NCBI RefSeq assembly: GCF_046119375.1
Contig: NW_027362767.1
Span: forward strand, 134,540,001-134,604,000
Source of the DNA: Phyllobates terribilis
Taxonomy: Eukaryota
Direction of reading: 5' to 3'
DNA length: 64,000 nt
The notes beneath the pieces were generated by a model that was not told the origin of the DNA, searched no databases, and saw nothing but the letters and a program-made list of their open reading frames with translations. Numbering within the stretch: position 1 is the stretch's first letter; the number at the start of each line of letters is the position of its first letter. Both the position numbers and the translations under genes were made by a program. This document shows, one piece after another, positions 1 to 51,627 of the stretch.

Positions 1-1745
1 TTAGTCATAGAGAAGCGCCTGGAGCAGCGTTAGTCATAGAGGAGCGCCTGGAGCAGCGTTAGTCATAGAGGAGCGCCTGGCGCAGCGTTAGTCATAGAGA
101 AGCGCCTGGAGCAGCGCTAGTTATAGAGGAGCGCCTGGCGCAGCGTTAGTCATAGAGAAGCGCCTGGAGCAGCGTTAGTCATAGAGGAGCGCCTGGAGCA
201 GCGTCAGTCATAGAGGAGTACCTGGCGCAGCGTTAGTCATAGAGAAGCGCCTGGAGCAGCATTAGTCATAGAGGAGCGCCTGGCGCAGCGTTAGTCATAG
301 AGAAGCACCTGGAGCAGCGTTAGTCATAGAGGAGCGCCTGGAGCAGCGTTAGTCATAGAGGAGCGCCTGGCGCAGCGTTAGTCATAGAGGAGCGCCTGGA
401 GCAGCGTTAGTCATAGAGGAGCGCCTGGAGCAGCGTTAGTCATAGAGGAGCGCCTGGAGCAGCGTTAGTCATAGAGAAGCGCCTGGAGCAGCGTTAGTCA
501 TAGAGGAGCGCCTGGAGCAGCGTTAGACATAGAGGAGCGCCTGGCGCAGCGTTAGTCATAGAGAAGCGCCTGGAGCAGCGTTAGTCATAGAGGAGCGCCT
601 GGAGCAGCGTTAGTCATAGAGGAGCGCCTGGCGCAGCGTTAGTCATAGAGAAGCGCCTGGAGCAGCGTTAGTCATAGAGGAGCGCCTGGCGCAGCGTTAG
701 TCATAGAGAAGCGCCTGGAGCAGCGTTAGTCATAGAGGAGCGCCTGGAGCAGCGTCAGTCATAGAGGAGTACCTGGCGCAGCGTTAGTCACAGAGAAGCG
801 CCTGGAGCAGCGTTAGTCATAGAGGAGCGCCTGGCGCAGCGTTAGTCATAGAGAAGCGCCTGGAGCAGCGTTAGTCATAGAGGAGCGCCTGGAGCAGCGT
901 TAGTCATAGAGGAGCGCCTGGCGCAGCGTTAGTCATAGAGGAGCGCCTGGCGCAGCGTTAGTCATAGAGAAGCGCCTGGAGCAGCGTTAGTCATAGAGGA
1001 GCGCCTGGAGCAGCGTTAGTCATAGAGGAGCGCCTCGCGTAGAGTTAGTCATAGAGGAGCGCCTGGAGCAGCGTTAGTCATAGAGGAGCGCCTGGAGCAG
1101 CGTTAGTCATAGAGAAGCGCCTGGAGCAGCGTTAGTCATAGAGGAGCGCCTGGAGCAGCGTTAGTCATAGAGGAGCGCCTGGCGCAGCGTTAGTCATAGA
1201 GGAGCGCCTGGAGCAGCGTTAGTCATAGAGGAGCGCCTGGAGCAGCGTTAGTCATAGAGGAGCGCCTGGCGCAGCGTTAGTCATAGAGAAGCGCCTGGAG
1301 CAGCGTTAGTCATAGAGGAGCGCCTGGCGCAGCGTTAGTCATAGAGAAGCGCCTGGAGCAGCGTTAGTCATAGAGGAGCGCCTGGAGCAGCGTTAGTCAT
1401 AGAGGAGCGCCTGGAGCAGCGTTAGTCATAGAGGAGCGCCTGGAGCAGCGTCAGTCATAGAGGAGTACCTGGCGCAGCGTTAGTCATAGAGAAGCGCCTG
1501 GAGCAGCGTTAGTCATAGAGGAGCGCCTGGCGCAGCGTTAGTCATAGAGAAGCGCCTGGAGCAGCGTTAGTCATAGAGGAGCGCCTGGAGCAGCGTTAGT
1601 CATAGAGGAGCGCCTGGCGCAGCGTTAGTCATAGAGGAGCGCCTGGAGCAGCGTTAGTCATAGAGGAGCGCCTGGAGCAGCGTTAGTCATAGAGGAGCGC
1701 CTGGCGCAGCGTGAGTTATAGAGGAGCGCCTGGCGCAGCGTCAGT
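1..1745. repeat. 29-bp tandem array (~60 copies, continues past window edge)
   Basis: Unit TTAGTCATAGAGGAGCGCCTGGAGCAGCG recurs with period 29 (positions 1, 30, ...); near-identical copies with A/G and A/C variants. Confidence 0.97.
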
Positions 1746-2361
1746 GATCGTTCAGTACATAGTGAGTTGTGGCTATTACCATTACTCCCGCCGCTGCTTG
1801 GATCTCTGTTTTAGCTTCAGCCAGCAGTGTGCATCATCACTATAGTTAATGAAACCTCTACCTTGGCACTGCCTCAGAGCTCACTAATTGGCTATGGTGG
1901 TTATGCACACTGTCAAGGTGACGTCACTACTGCAGCCAAAAGACTGAAACTCAAGCAGCGGCAGGGAGCTCGGCTGGACCAGGGAAGGGTTATTTTAGGT
2001 GCTTTAAAAGTGGAATACCTTTTTAATGGATTATTCCCAAATATGAAGTGATCTCCTATCCTTAGGGTAAGGAACAACTTATGGATTGCTCTAGGTCCCA
2101 CCGCTGGGGCTTTGCTGTGATCACAAGAATGGAGCTCTGGAACCAGAACCAAGCTCTTCTTCAACCATTTCCGCCAGTCCCATAGACAATGAATGGAGCG
2201 GCTGTTGCGCATGTGCACTTCCACGCTGCAAAGCTCCACTCTAAAATGGGACCTAAATTGTGTAAAGCCCCAAAATATCCTTGACTTATAATAATTGGTT
2301 ATTGCTTATATGAAGCTCAACACCAAATTTAATGTTGCATTCTTGACAGAACATAGTTTAC

Positions 2362-34510
<32,149 letters not shown>

Positions 34511-34588
34511 TTAAGATACATACAGATCTGCTACCCCCTAAAACATACGGCTGCTCACGTTCTTCCACCAAACTCCAGGTCACAACTC

Positions 34589-35214
34589 TGTAGGGGCTTC
34601 TTCCCTGTCCCTAACGCTAAGGGCACCCTAGCTATCCATGCTCCCCAGATTAGTTCTGATGGTGAAGATGTAGGGGCCATGTACCTTGATGAACTCCTGA
34701 ATCAGCCTTATATCTGTCCCCCTCCCCCACCCAGGGAAGTGGGGAGGAATATATATATACATACAAGGAAGGACCTACAGGGATAAATGAAAATACCGAT
34801 GATACAAATATGCACTCACAGACAACAGAGGGGAACACAAGGGAGAAAAGGAGGGAAAACTAAACAGGAGAGGACGAGGAATTGCACACAGCCGAAACAC
34901 CAAGCAACAGTCACAGAACAACTCTCCAAAACTGACTCCTCCGCTCCTCACCAGGCAGTGTGAAACTAACGCTGGCAATCCAGATTGCCAGAGGCGAGTA
35001 TATATAGGAGAGGGGAGTGGCCAATACTGAACAGCTGAGATCATCCAAGCTGGGAAGCTACAGAGACTCCAAGCTGAACAGATTAACCCCTGCACTGCTA
35101 ACAGAAATCTGCACCGTTTAATAGGAAGGAGAAATGTTTCTGATCAGTGCAGGAGTAGGTGAAATCAGACGCTGTGGTCTTCTGGCCCCTCTCTGTCGTC
35201 GTAAACCCGTGACA
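34589..35214 (-). mobile_element. LTR-like element in FSIP1 intron 1
   Basis: TGTAGGGG...CCCGTGACA ends, TATATA motif near 35000; no TSD found, so the left boundary is uncertain. Confidence 0.4.
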
Positions 35215-35229
35215 CATACCCTGCATGAC

Positions 35230-35815
35230 TGTATGGAAATTGGGCACCGGGCGCAGTTATGGGGGACAGAAAAAGGGCCTTCCCCAAACAGTTCCCACAA
35301 GTTAAAAGCTACAATTGTCCACAATGTCTTGTGCTGAAGCACTGAGATTTCCCTTTGCTAGAACAAAGAGGCAAACTCCGGAAAAACAAGCCCAGCTTTA
35401 TCCCTTCTCCACCAAACTGTACAGCGGCACAATGCAGTCAGGTGAATAACGTTCTCCTGGAATCACCAGACCCAGACTCCTCCATCAGATACCAGCTAGA
35501 GGAGTGTGATCCGTCACTGCACAGAACAAATCTCCACTGCTCCAGAGTCCAGTGGTGGCGACTTTACATCACTAGATCTGACGCTCGGCATTGTGCTTGG
35601 TGATGTACGGCTGCATGCAGCTGCTTGGCTATGAAGCTCCTGGCGGGGGCGCAGTGCTTGTGCTGATGTTATACCAGAGGAGTTCTGGACTCTGCAGTTA
35701 TGGAGTCAGCCGAGCGTTGGTGACTTTTCTGCCCTCTGCTCCTCAGCACTCGGCCCATGGGGTCTCCACTTCATGGCTGAGTGGCTGCGTTTTTTTCCCA
35801 CTTCTCAATAATTTC
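35230..35815 (-). mobile_element. Degenerate Tc1 transposase remnant
   Basis: Resembles Tc1 coding DNA as I recall it (CCAGACCCAGACTCCTCCATCAGA, CTCCACTGCTCCAGAGTCCAGTGG); no TIRs or long ORF. Confidence 0.45.
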
Positions 35816-37059
35816 ACTCGCAGATGATGGGGAAGATTTAGGAGGAAGAAATGTATTTTTTAGTTTCTTTAGGGAACTTGAACCTTCGATCGTCCAGTCG
35901 TTCGTCCTATATACTGCATTAGACCAGAGTATAGCAGTGTATAGTGCAAGTCCCGGACTTCTTTAAACCTCAGCCTAGAGCTAAGCTTCATAGGAGGACA
36001 AGATGGCAGTGAAAGGAGCCTTCATCCAGGCCCCCCGGATGTCACAGTAACCCATCACCACCCCGCGATCGCATCATAGGGAGCCAGTAATCCCGACCAC
36101 CAGCACATTCCATGTTAACGCTGCTGTCAGAGATTGACAGCAGCGTTACCATCCACGTCCAGAGCTCATCTCCAGCCGTGTCTGTTAGAGACTGATACCA
36201 GCAATGTACAATGTAATAGAGCCGGTATCTGCTCCTGGGCCCTCTCCAGACACCATCACCCCTACAATCAAGGACATGCTATTGCATTAATGATAATAAA
36301 AAAAATGTATAAATATATTTGGTTTCAAAATTTTAAAACTAATATTTAATATTTTATCAAAATATAAAATGAATGAACCCGATCAGCAAATGTCGTAAAG
36401 AGAAAAAAAAATCTATTTTTTTAGTGGTTGCATGTCTCTATAATAATATTATTATTACTAAAAATAAATTAATTAACTTAAAAAATAACTAAAGCAAATC
36501 AAATGCTGTAAATGTCCCATGTCCCCCAGATGTTACTAATAATCACACTGCGGCCCTCACACGGCTCCGTGGACGGAAAAATAAAGTCACGATTCTCTGA
36601 AAATGGCGACATAATCAGAAATTATTATTTTTAATAAATTTATAATTTTTTTCCACCACTTAAATAAAACCCCTACATGTCTGGTACGGCCCCGGAGAAT
36701 CACACCGCCTGGTGGTCTTTACCCCACTATGAGCGCCGGTGTGAACAACACCCAAAAAAAACAATAGCGGGGCGGCATTTTTCCCCCTTTTCACCGAACT
36801 CTCGATTTTTCCCTGTTTTTAAGCTAATTATTAGGGAAAATTTACAACTTGTCCTGCAAAGCGCAAAGGCGAGTGGAAGGGAAAATGTACAAGGTAGTAT
36901 GGGTCCTGGAAGAGGGGAGGGAAACAAGGGGTTAAGTAGTTGCAGGGTGACGCCCCCTGATAAGCTGTGTGTCTGGAGGGGGCAGGGCCGCGATAATGAT
37001 GGCGGCTCGGACACCACACGCCGCCGGTAGACGGACACGGGCCGCCGCCTCCCGCTCAC

Positions 37060-37150
37060 CCGCCTCGTAGCTCCTCGTAGCTCTATTAGTTCCAGGCGTC
37101 CTTTGTTGCTAGGTTACCGTCAATACTGTGCGCGGAAGAATACCACGTGA
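37060..37150 (-). promoter_or_regulatory. FSIP1: Probable FSIP1 non-coding exon 1 and promoter with RFX X-box
   Basis: CpG-rich patch, donor CGG|gtgagc at 37060/37059, X-box GTAACCTAGCAAC (37105-37117), E-box CACGTG (37144-37149). Confidence 0.6.
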
Positions 37151-37495
37151 CCAGTCACAGTAGCCGGAGAGGATCAAGCTTAGCAAACGCGTTTCAGAAT
37201 TCACCTACTTGGCCGTTTTTCTATAAGCGATATGTAAGAAATCATTTACATACCATCTAATAAATAAGAAAAAATGCCCTCAGATATTCCCTGACGGAGA
37301 TATGATGGGAACGGAGGGCGTTACTTACCACAACCGGCCTTGTAGCGTCTACCAATCAGAGCGCAGCTTTCATTTTTTCACACTGCTCTGGGAGAATGAA
37401 AGCTTAGCTCCTATTGGTTGCTGGGGGCCACAAGGACAGTGTTAGGGAATTTGGAGGTCTTACACGACTAGAGACGTTTACGCCAGATTAGTTAA

Positions 37496-37862
37496 GGCTG
37501 TTATTCACATGCAGCATTTTTGCTGCATTTTTTTATGCAAATTAAAAGCTGTTTTTTTTTTACAGCCCCAGAAAAAGCTATAAGACTTCAGAGATCACCT
37601 GCAGACACTTGTTTTTTTTTTCCTGTCTGAATTGCATTTTTTTAAATCCGCAGCGTGGCAATTCATTAGATTTTTTTCAGCCATAGAAAGCGGAGAAAAA
37701 AGACGCAATAAACTAACTTTATTAAACATGTCTTGTAGACAGAGTGCACGTGTAATCTGCACCGAAAAGTGCTGCCAAACCGGCGTCCTGACGGCAGCGC
37801 TGCTACTGCCAGGAGAGCAGGTTGTGGCTGCTGAAAAAAAAACACTGCGTGTGAACACAGCC
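37496..37862. mobile_element. PIF/Harbinger-type MITE
   Basis: GGCTGTTATTCACA...TGTGAACACAGCC ends, TAA on both sides. Confidence 0.7.
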
Positions 37863-37979
37863 TAAATCTCTCTCATGCTACGACCCATTTAACCCTTCAG
37901 TGACCTGGGAATTGTCTTTTACAGGCCAAGTTGTAGTTTTGGACGGCGCCATTCATTTTACCATATAAAGTACTTGTAA

Positions 37980-39915
37980 GGCCGGTTTCACACGTCCGTA
38001 TATTTCCGGTACCAGAGATATCCGTGTGTGTCAACCGTGTGCCGCATCAGGATCACATGTACCGGCGTCTGGGAATCAGTGTACACTTAGCGCTGTTCCC
38101 AAGCATCGGGTGCTGAACGCTGCCCTCATCATGGTTCCTGCTGTCGCTGCGATCAGCACCAGCGGGGACAATGATGAAAGTAGTAGTAGTAGTGTATGCT
38201 CCTGCAGTGTCCACCTGTAAAAATAAGAATAAAATAAAAAATCCATATACCCACCTAATTGTCCCCACTGTAATCCACCCAACAGCTCAGCAGAGGAGCT
38301 GTTGGAGAGTATATGGATTTTTTATTTTATTCTTATTTTTACAGGTGGATACTGCAGGAGCAGACACTACTACTACTCTCATCATTGTCCCTGCTGGTGC
38401 TGATCGCATCGACGGCAGGAACCATGATGAGGGCAGCGTTCAGCACCCGGCTCTTGGGAACAGCATGTGTGGCGCCCCTGAGGGTTCGGTCACCACAGAG
38501 GTACTGCATCTCACCCAGAGGTGTGGTATCTCACTCTCAGGTAAGGAAGAAGTATGGCTCAGGACCCTAACACTGCATCCACTACACCACATTTCCGGGG
38601 GACAGGGCGACAATGCTCCTATGGGAGAGCACAACTGTCCCTGATCCCTGGCTGGAGTGGGGAGGAACCACTTAGAGAGGGGGAACTATGTAGTGGATGG
38701 GTGGAGGACGTAGATACTGGGAGCACAGTGGTAAGAGGTATAAAAGTAGGAACCATCTTAGATCAGTGTTCAGTCAGTGAGAAGTGACAGGAGCAGAGGC
38801 TCTGTATGGGCTCTGCTCCAGAGGCGGGCCTAGTAAGGAGGCCTGAGTCTGGAAAGGAGAGGGGAGCAGGAGAGGCTCCAGGACGAGGAGAGAAGGGACC
38901 CCAGGGGTATGGGCCGTGCAGCAAGCCACCCTTACCGCTGCCAGGAGGTAGGGGGGTCAGGCAAGAAGAAGGGAACCGGATCCCTCAACCAGCAGAGACT
39001 ACAGGGCCCAACTGGGAACCGGAGGCTGCAGCACTTCAAGTACAGCAAGCCATCCACACCAGCCACCAGGAAGGTAGCCACATAGGGCCAGGGGATGGAA
39101 CATACGTCGCCCGCCAAGGCCCGAGGACACTGGACAGAGGTGCCGCTAGGTGTGAGATACAAGGAGAGAGGCCAGAGAGGACACACTGAAGGGGGTCCTG
39201 CTAAATGCTCCAGAGATACCTGAGGGTCGACCGAGCCCCTTACTGTGTGAGCACAGGACGCCGTGGGCTCTTACACTGGCCCTGTAAGTGGAATTGCTTA
39301 ACCGTGAGTAAAAGATCTGGGACTGCATCATCTGGACTCTGTGATTCTTCCTACACCGCGACACCCTGCACTATCACCACCATCATCCACTCACTCTTCC
39401 TGTGGGGAGTTACACTACCTTGCTGCGCATGTCACCAGCTTCAGTGGACTGCTCCGCAGCAGCGGTTACCAATGACCGCAATCCACAGGTGGTGTAGTCG
39501 GACTATTTAAACCAAATACACAGACTGCCCTGGTTTGACCGCCCTGGGTCACGGACCGGGTCGCCGCCACGGTGACTACTACCCCCAACATCTACAAGGC
39601 CCGGCTCCAGGTGTCCCCCAAGGCCCAGGGGGCGCGTCACATGAACTGTACACTGATTTCCAGGCGCTGCTACGTGTCACACTGATAATACACGGATCTT
39701 ATCCGTGTGTGTTCAGCGTGAGACACTTTTGTGGACCGTGCATCCGCAAAAAAAACAGACACGTCAGTGTGTGGAGCACACGGACACGCGGTCCATGGAA
39801 ATACACTGACCTGCGCAGGCACATAGATCTGAATGGGTCTGCGTGTGTCAGTCTCTCCGGTACATGTGAAAACTGTCACCACTTGTACCGGAGATACTGA
39901 CGTGTGAAATAGGTG
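37980..39915. mobile_element. Foldback PIF/Harbinger-type MITE interrupted by a solo LTR
   Basis: GGCCGGTTTCACAC / GTGTGAAATAGGTG ends with TAA flanks; long inverted arms (e.g. 38087-38250 vs 38309-38467). Confidence 0.7.
38468..39639 (+). mobile_element. Solo LTR (1172 bp)
   Basis: TG...CA ends with 4-bp TSD CATG; removing it restores the length of the MITE right arm relative to the left arm. Confidence 0.75.
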
Positions 39916-40826
39916 TAAAACAGAGGGGAAATTCTTAGAGGGAGTGTAAAAAAAAAAATCCTGTTTTGCCATTGTTGTTTGGGGTTTTGTTTTACGGTGT
40001 TCAGTGTAGCAGCCATGCAGCCAATCAATGAGACGCCATGAACCGTTCTGTTTTTTGGGAGGGTCGGGGGCTTTGTTTTGCTGTCCCCCTCTTATGTACC
40101 TGTTCGCACTGTCATTTGCACTGAAGCAGGCGGCTTTTATTCACAAATACTTTGGCATCAAACCTGGACGGATTGATGAAGTGTAAATGACTTGCTGCTT
40201 AATATGTGTTAATTAAAGGGGGTTTCACGAGAATAAAATTCACTTTAATCAATAGATCTTGGAATAATAATTTCCACAATTGGATGTGTTTAAATAAAAT
40301 GTTCCTGTGCTGAGATAATCTTATAAATGTGCCCCTGCTGTGTACTGTGTAATGGCTGTGTCTGACCGTACAGGAACATGGTCTGATCATACCACATCTC
40401 CTGGGCAGGGGAGGAAGAAAAAGAGTACACAGACAGGACAGCAGGGGGTCACAGCTGATTCTTTCTGTGAGGTAAAATATGTTTAAAAACAAGCAGAGGA
40501 ATGTTTTACCTCACAGAAAGCTGCATCTCCGATCCCGTGCTGTCCTGTGTGTGTACTCTCTTACTTCTTCCCTTGCCCAGGAGCTGTGGTAAGAGAGTAT
40601 ACAGACAGGACAGTACAGGATCACAGCTGATTTTTTTTCTGTGAGGTAAAACATTTCCCTGCCTGTTTTTAAACATATTTTACCTCACAAAAAAATAAAA
40701 AACAGTTGTGATATCTCTATATTCTCTTTTGCCTCCTCCCCTGCCTAGGAGCTGTGGCAGACACAGCCATTACACAGTACACAGCAGGTGCACATTTATA
40801 AGATTATCTCAGCACAGGAATATATA

Positions 40827-42684
40827 CACTGCTCAAAAAAATAAAGGCAACACTCAAATAACACATCCTAGATCTGAATGAATGAAATATTCTCATTGAA
40901 TACTTTGTTCTGTACAAAGCTGAATGTGCTGACAACAAAATCACACAAAAATCATCAATGGAAATAAAATTTATTAACCAATGGAGGCCTGGATTTGGAG
41001 TCACCCCCAAAATTAAAGTGGAAAAACACACTACAGGCTGATCCAACTTTGATGTAATGTCCTTAAAACAAGTCACAATGAGGCTGAGTATTGTGTGTGG
41101 TCTCCACGTGCCTGTATGACCTCCCTACAACGCCTGGGCATGCTCCTGATGAGGCTCAGTATTGTGTGTGGCCTCCACGTGCCTGTATGACCTCCCTACA
41201 ACGCCTGGGCATGCTCCTGATGAGGCTCAGTATTGTGTGTGGCCTCCACGTGCCTGTATGACCTCCCTACGCCTGGGCATGCTCCTGATGAGGCTCAGTA
41301 TTGTGTGTGGCCTCCACGTGCCTGTATGACCTCCCTACAACGCCTGGGCATGCTCCTGATGAGGCTGAGTATTGTGTGTGGCCTCCACGTGCCTGTATGA
41401 CCTCCCTACAACTCCTGGGCATGCTCCTGATGAGGTTGCGGATGGTCTCCTGTGGGATCTCCTCCCAAACCTGGACTAAAGCATCCGCCAACTCCTGGAC
41501 AGTCTGTGGTGCAACGTGACGTTGGTGGATGGAGCGAGACATGATGTCCCAGATGTGCTCAATCGGATTCAGGTCTGGGGAACGGGCAGCCAGTCCATAG
41601 CTTCAATGCCTTCATCTTGCAGGAACTGCTGACACACTCCAGCCACATGAGGTCTGGCATTGTCCTGCATTAGGAGGAACCCAGGGACAACCGCACCAGC
41701 ATATGGTCTCACAAGGGGTCTGAGGATCTCATCTTGGTACCTAATGGCAGTCAGGCTACCTCTGGCGAGCACATGGAGGGCTGTGCGGCCCTCCAAAGAA
41801 ATGCCACCCCACACCATTACTGACCCACTGCCAAACCGGTCATGCTGAAGGATGTTGCAGGCAGCAGATCGCTCTCCACGGCGTCTCCAGACTCTGTCAC
41901 GTCTGTCACATGTGCTCAGTGTGAACTTGCTTTCATCTGTGAAGAGCACAGGGCGCCAGTGGCGACTTTGCCAATCCTGGTGTTCTGTGGCAAATGCCAA
42001 GCGTCCTGCACGGTGTTGGGCTGTGAGCACAACCCCCATCTGTGGACGTCGGGCCCTCATACCACCCTCATGGAGTCGGTTTCTAACCATTTGTGCAGAC
42101 ACATGCACATTTGTGGCCTGCTGGAGGTCATTTTGCAGGGCTCTGGCAGTACTCCTCCTGTTCCTCCTTGCACAAAGGCGGAGGTAGTGGTCCTGCTGCT
42201 GGGTTGTTGCCCTCCTACGGCCCCCTCCACATCTCCTGGTGTACTGGCCTGTCTCCTGGTAGCGCCTCCAGCCTCTGGACACTACGCTGACAGACACAGC
42301 AAACCTTCTTGCCACAGCTCGCATTGATGTGCCATCCTGGATGAGCTGCTCTACCTGAGCAACTTCTGTGGGTTGCAGAGTCCGTCTCATGCTACTACAA
42401 GTGTGAAAGCACAACCAACATTCAAAAGTGCCCAAAACATCAGCCAGAAAGCATTGGTACTGAGATGTGGTGTGTGGTCCCCACCTGCAGAACCACTCCT
42501 TTATTGAGGGTGTCTTGATAATTGCCAATAATTTCCATCTGTTGTCTATTCCATTTGCACAACAGCATGTGAAATTAATTGTCAATCAGTGTTGCTTCCT
42601 AAGTGGACAGTTTGATTTCACAGAAGTTTGATTTACTTGTGGTTATATTCTGTTGTTTAAGTGTTCCCTTTATTTTTTTGAGCA

Positions 42685-42687
<3 letters not shown>
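40827..42687 (-). mobile_element. Full-length DD34E Tc1 transposon with one frameshift and an internal 71-bp array
   Basis: 28-bp TIRs CACTGCTCAAAAAAATAAAGG(C/G)AACACT, TA flanks; ORF from ATG 42390 with TDESKF and QDNARPH; a 1-bp deletion near 41588 shifts [13 protein letters not shown] out of frame. Confidence 0.95.
41078..41435 (-). repeat. 71-bp tandem array (5 copies) spanning the transposase stop codon
   Basis: Period 71 (41102 to 41173); one unit lacks 3 nt. Confidence 0.95.

Positions 42688-42730
<43 letters not shown>
42688..42730. repeat. (TA)n microsatellite at the Tc1 target site
   Basis: Direct reading. Confidence 0.95.
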
Positions 42731-42732
<2 letters not shown>

Positions 42733-43530
42733 CCACATCCAATTGTGGAACTTATTATTCCAATATCTATTGATTAAATGTACTTTGTTCTTCACAGCTT
42801 AGTGTTGCGATACATTTTGAAGCTGTGTAATTAGTAATCGGCCCGTGCTGTTAATGCAATGGGCAGCTCGTTAATAGAGGAAACATCTCCCTTACGCTCC
42901 CTTGAACTTTAAAATACCATATAGACCTCAGGAGTCAATATCAGACTTTATTTTTGTCACTAAAGCAATGTCCTTGTATGGACTAACAAATGTTCAGAAC
43001 GTTAATAAAAAATAGACGGGGTCCTCCATTTGTACAGCCGTCTTGTTCAATGGTTTCCTCAGGGACCCGACACCATCGGTCAGGAGGGCGAAACGTCACA
43101 GATGTACTGCAGTAATAGCAGTGTGCCGCCATCTGGTCTGGGGGGTCCATATGGCATCACTATGACCAGTCTAGACCTCTATAGAGGAGGAATGGCCAGA
43201 CTAAAGTGAAACGCAGAAGCAACACGTCCAGGCGCTCTAGAAATATAATTAGAACTGCGATAGTCCTTAAAGGGGCGGTTCTCGTCATATTAAATAGGTG
43301 AAATTGAAAAAAAAAAAACAAGCAACTTTGCTATTTAATTTCTTATTAAAAATCCTCTCTGAAGAACGGTGGGCTTTTTAATACGGATTATGGCTCATTG
43401 CCTAATCTCCGATCACCTCTGCAGTCAAAAGGTGGCCTGTTTTCTAGGCGTGGAGTGCGCACTCACATACCTTATACTGTGCAAGCCCCTGATATTGTCC
43501 ACGGCATATCTCCAATGCCACAGGTCCGGC

Positions 43531-43905
43531 CGGTCAACCATCAGGAGCGCAGCCGTGCCGCTGGCCCGGACGGTCAACCATCAGGAGCGCAGCCGTGCCG
43601 CTGGCCCGGACGGTCAACCATCAGGAGCGCAGCCGTGCCGCTGGCCCGGACGGTCAACCATCAGGAGCGCAGCCGTGCCGCTGGCCCGGACGGTCAACCA
43701 TCAGGAGCGCAGCCGTGCCGCTGGCCCGGACGGTCAACCATCAGGAGCGCAGCCGTGCCGCTGGCCCGGACGGTCAACCATCAGGAGCGCAGCCGTGCCG
43801 CTGGCCCGGACGGTCAACCATCAGGAGCGCAGCCGAGCCGCTGGCCCGGACGGTCAACCATCAGGAGCGCAGCCGTGCCGCTGGCCCGGACGGTCAACCA
43901 TCAGG
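43531..43905. repeat. 40-bp GC-rich minisatellite, 9.4 near-perfect copies
   Basis: Unit CGGTCAACCATCAGGAGCGCAGCCGTGCCGCTGGCCCGGA. Confidence 0.97.
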
Positions 43906-44231
43906 TGCATGTGTAACAGAAGCTATATATTTAGGGCCAAAGATGGGAAATCTTCCCCCAAGCAGGAGGGGTGAGGGGACTTAATCTAAACCCTAAATAT
44001 CCGGCTTGTACATCGATCCATAATATGACCCCATACAGCAACTCTCAGAATTTCTAAAAAATTCCAAAATTTAACATAACCACCTCTGTAGTAAAAATAA
44101 GGACTGAGAGTTAGATCAGGAACCACTGAAGAAAAATGTTATTTTCTATTTTTTGGAGAGGTGATATACAAATAGATTATGGCTGGTTTTGGTAGTTGGG
44201 TTTAGAATTGGAATTATTTTATTTGAGAAGT

Positions 44232-51349
<7,118 letters not shown>

Positions 51350-51586
51350 CTAAACATCTCCACAATGTGGGTTACAGGCGTTAGCCAACCCATTACCTCC
51401 ATTTATAAAAACAGGTGATCAATGAAGATTTTTGGCACTCACGATAGTTCTCTCAGTCTTCATTGGAGGACACAGGCTGTGTTCCCCAACGGAACAACCG
51501 AAAAATGTATTACAAGGACCACCAATCACAAGAACGGGGGTCCGTGTCCCATATGTGAGGTCACACCTGTATGCAGACTACTGCTC

Positions 51587-51590
<4 letters not shown>

Positions 51591-51626
<36 letters not shown>
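51591..51626. repeat. (CA)n microsatellite
   Basis: Direct reading. Confidence 0.95.

Positions 51627-51627
<1 letters not shown>

Larger units (their letters stand above)
40217..42797. mobile_element. Palindromic T2-type MITE split by the Tc1 insertion
   Basis: TTAA-AGGGGGTTTCACGAG start; the reverse complement of the left arm continues on both sides of the Tc1 (40800-40826 and 42731-42790). Right boundary approximate. Confidence 0.65.

Noticed and set aside
41147-41435. CTGATGA hammerhead-like core in each 71-bp unit
   Set aside because: No GAAA or stem II; it is antisense transposase coding sequence.
43060-43110. GAAACGTC and CCTGAGGAAAC hammerhead-like words
   Set aside because: Core and GAAA lie on opposite strands with no consistent stems.
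43369-43984. 129-201 aa ORFs
   Set aside because: Translation of the 40-bp minisatellite.
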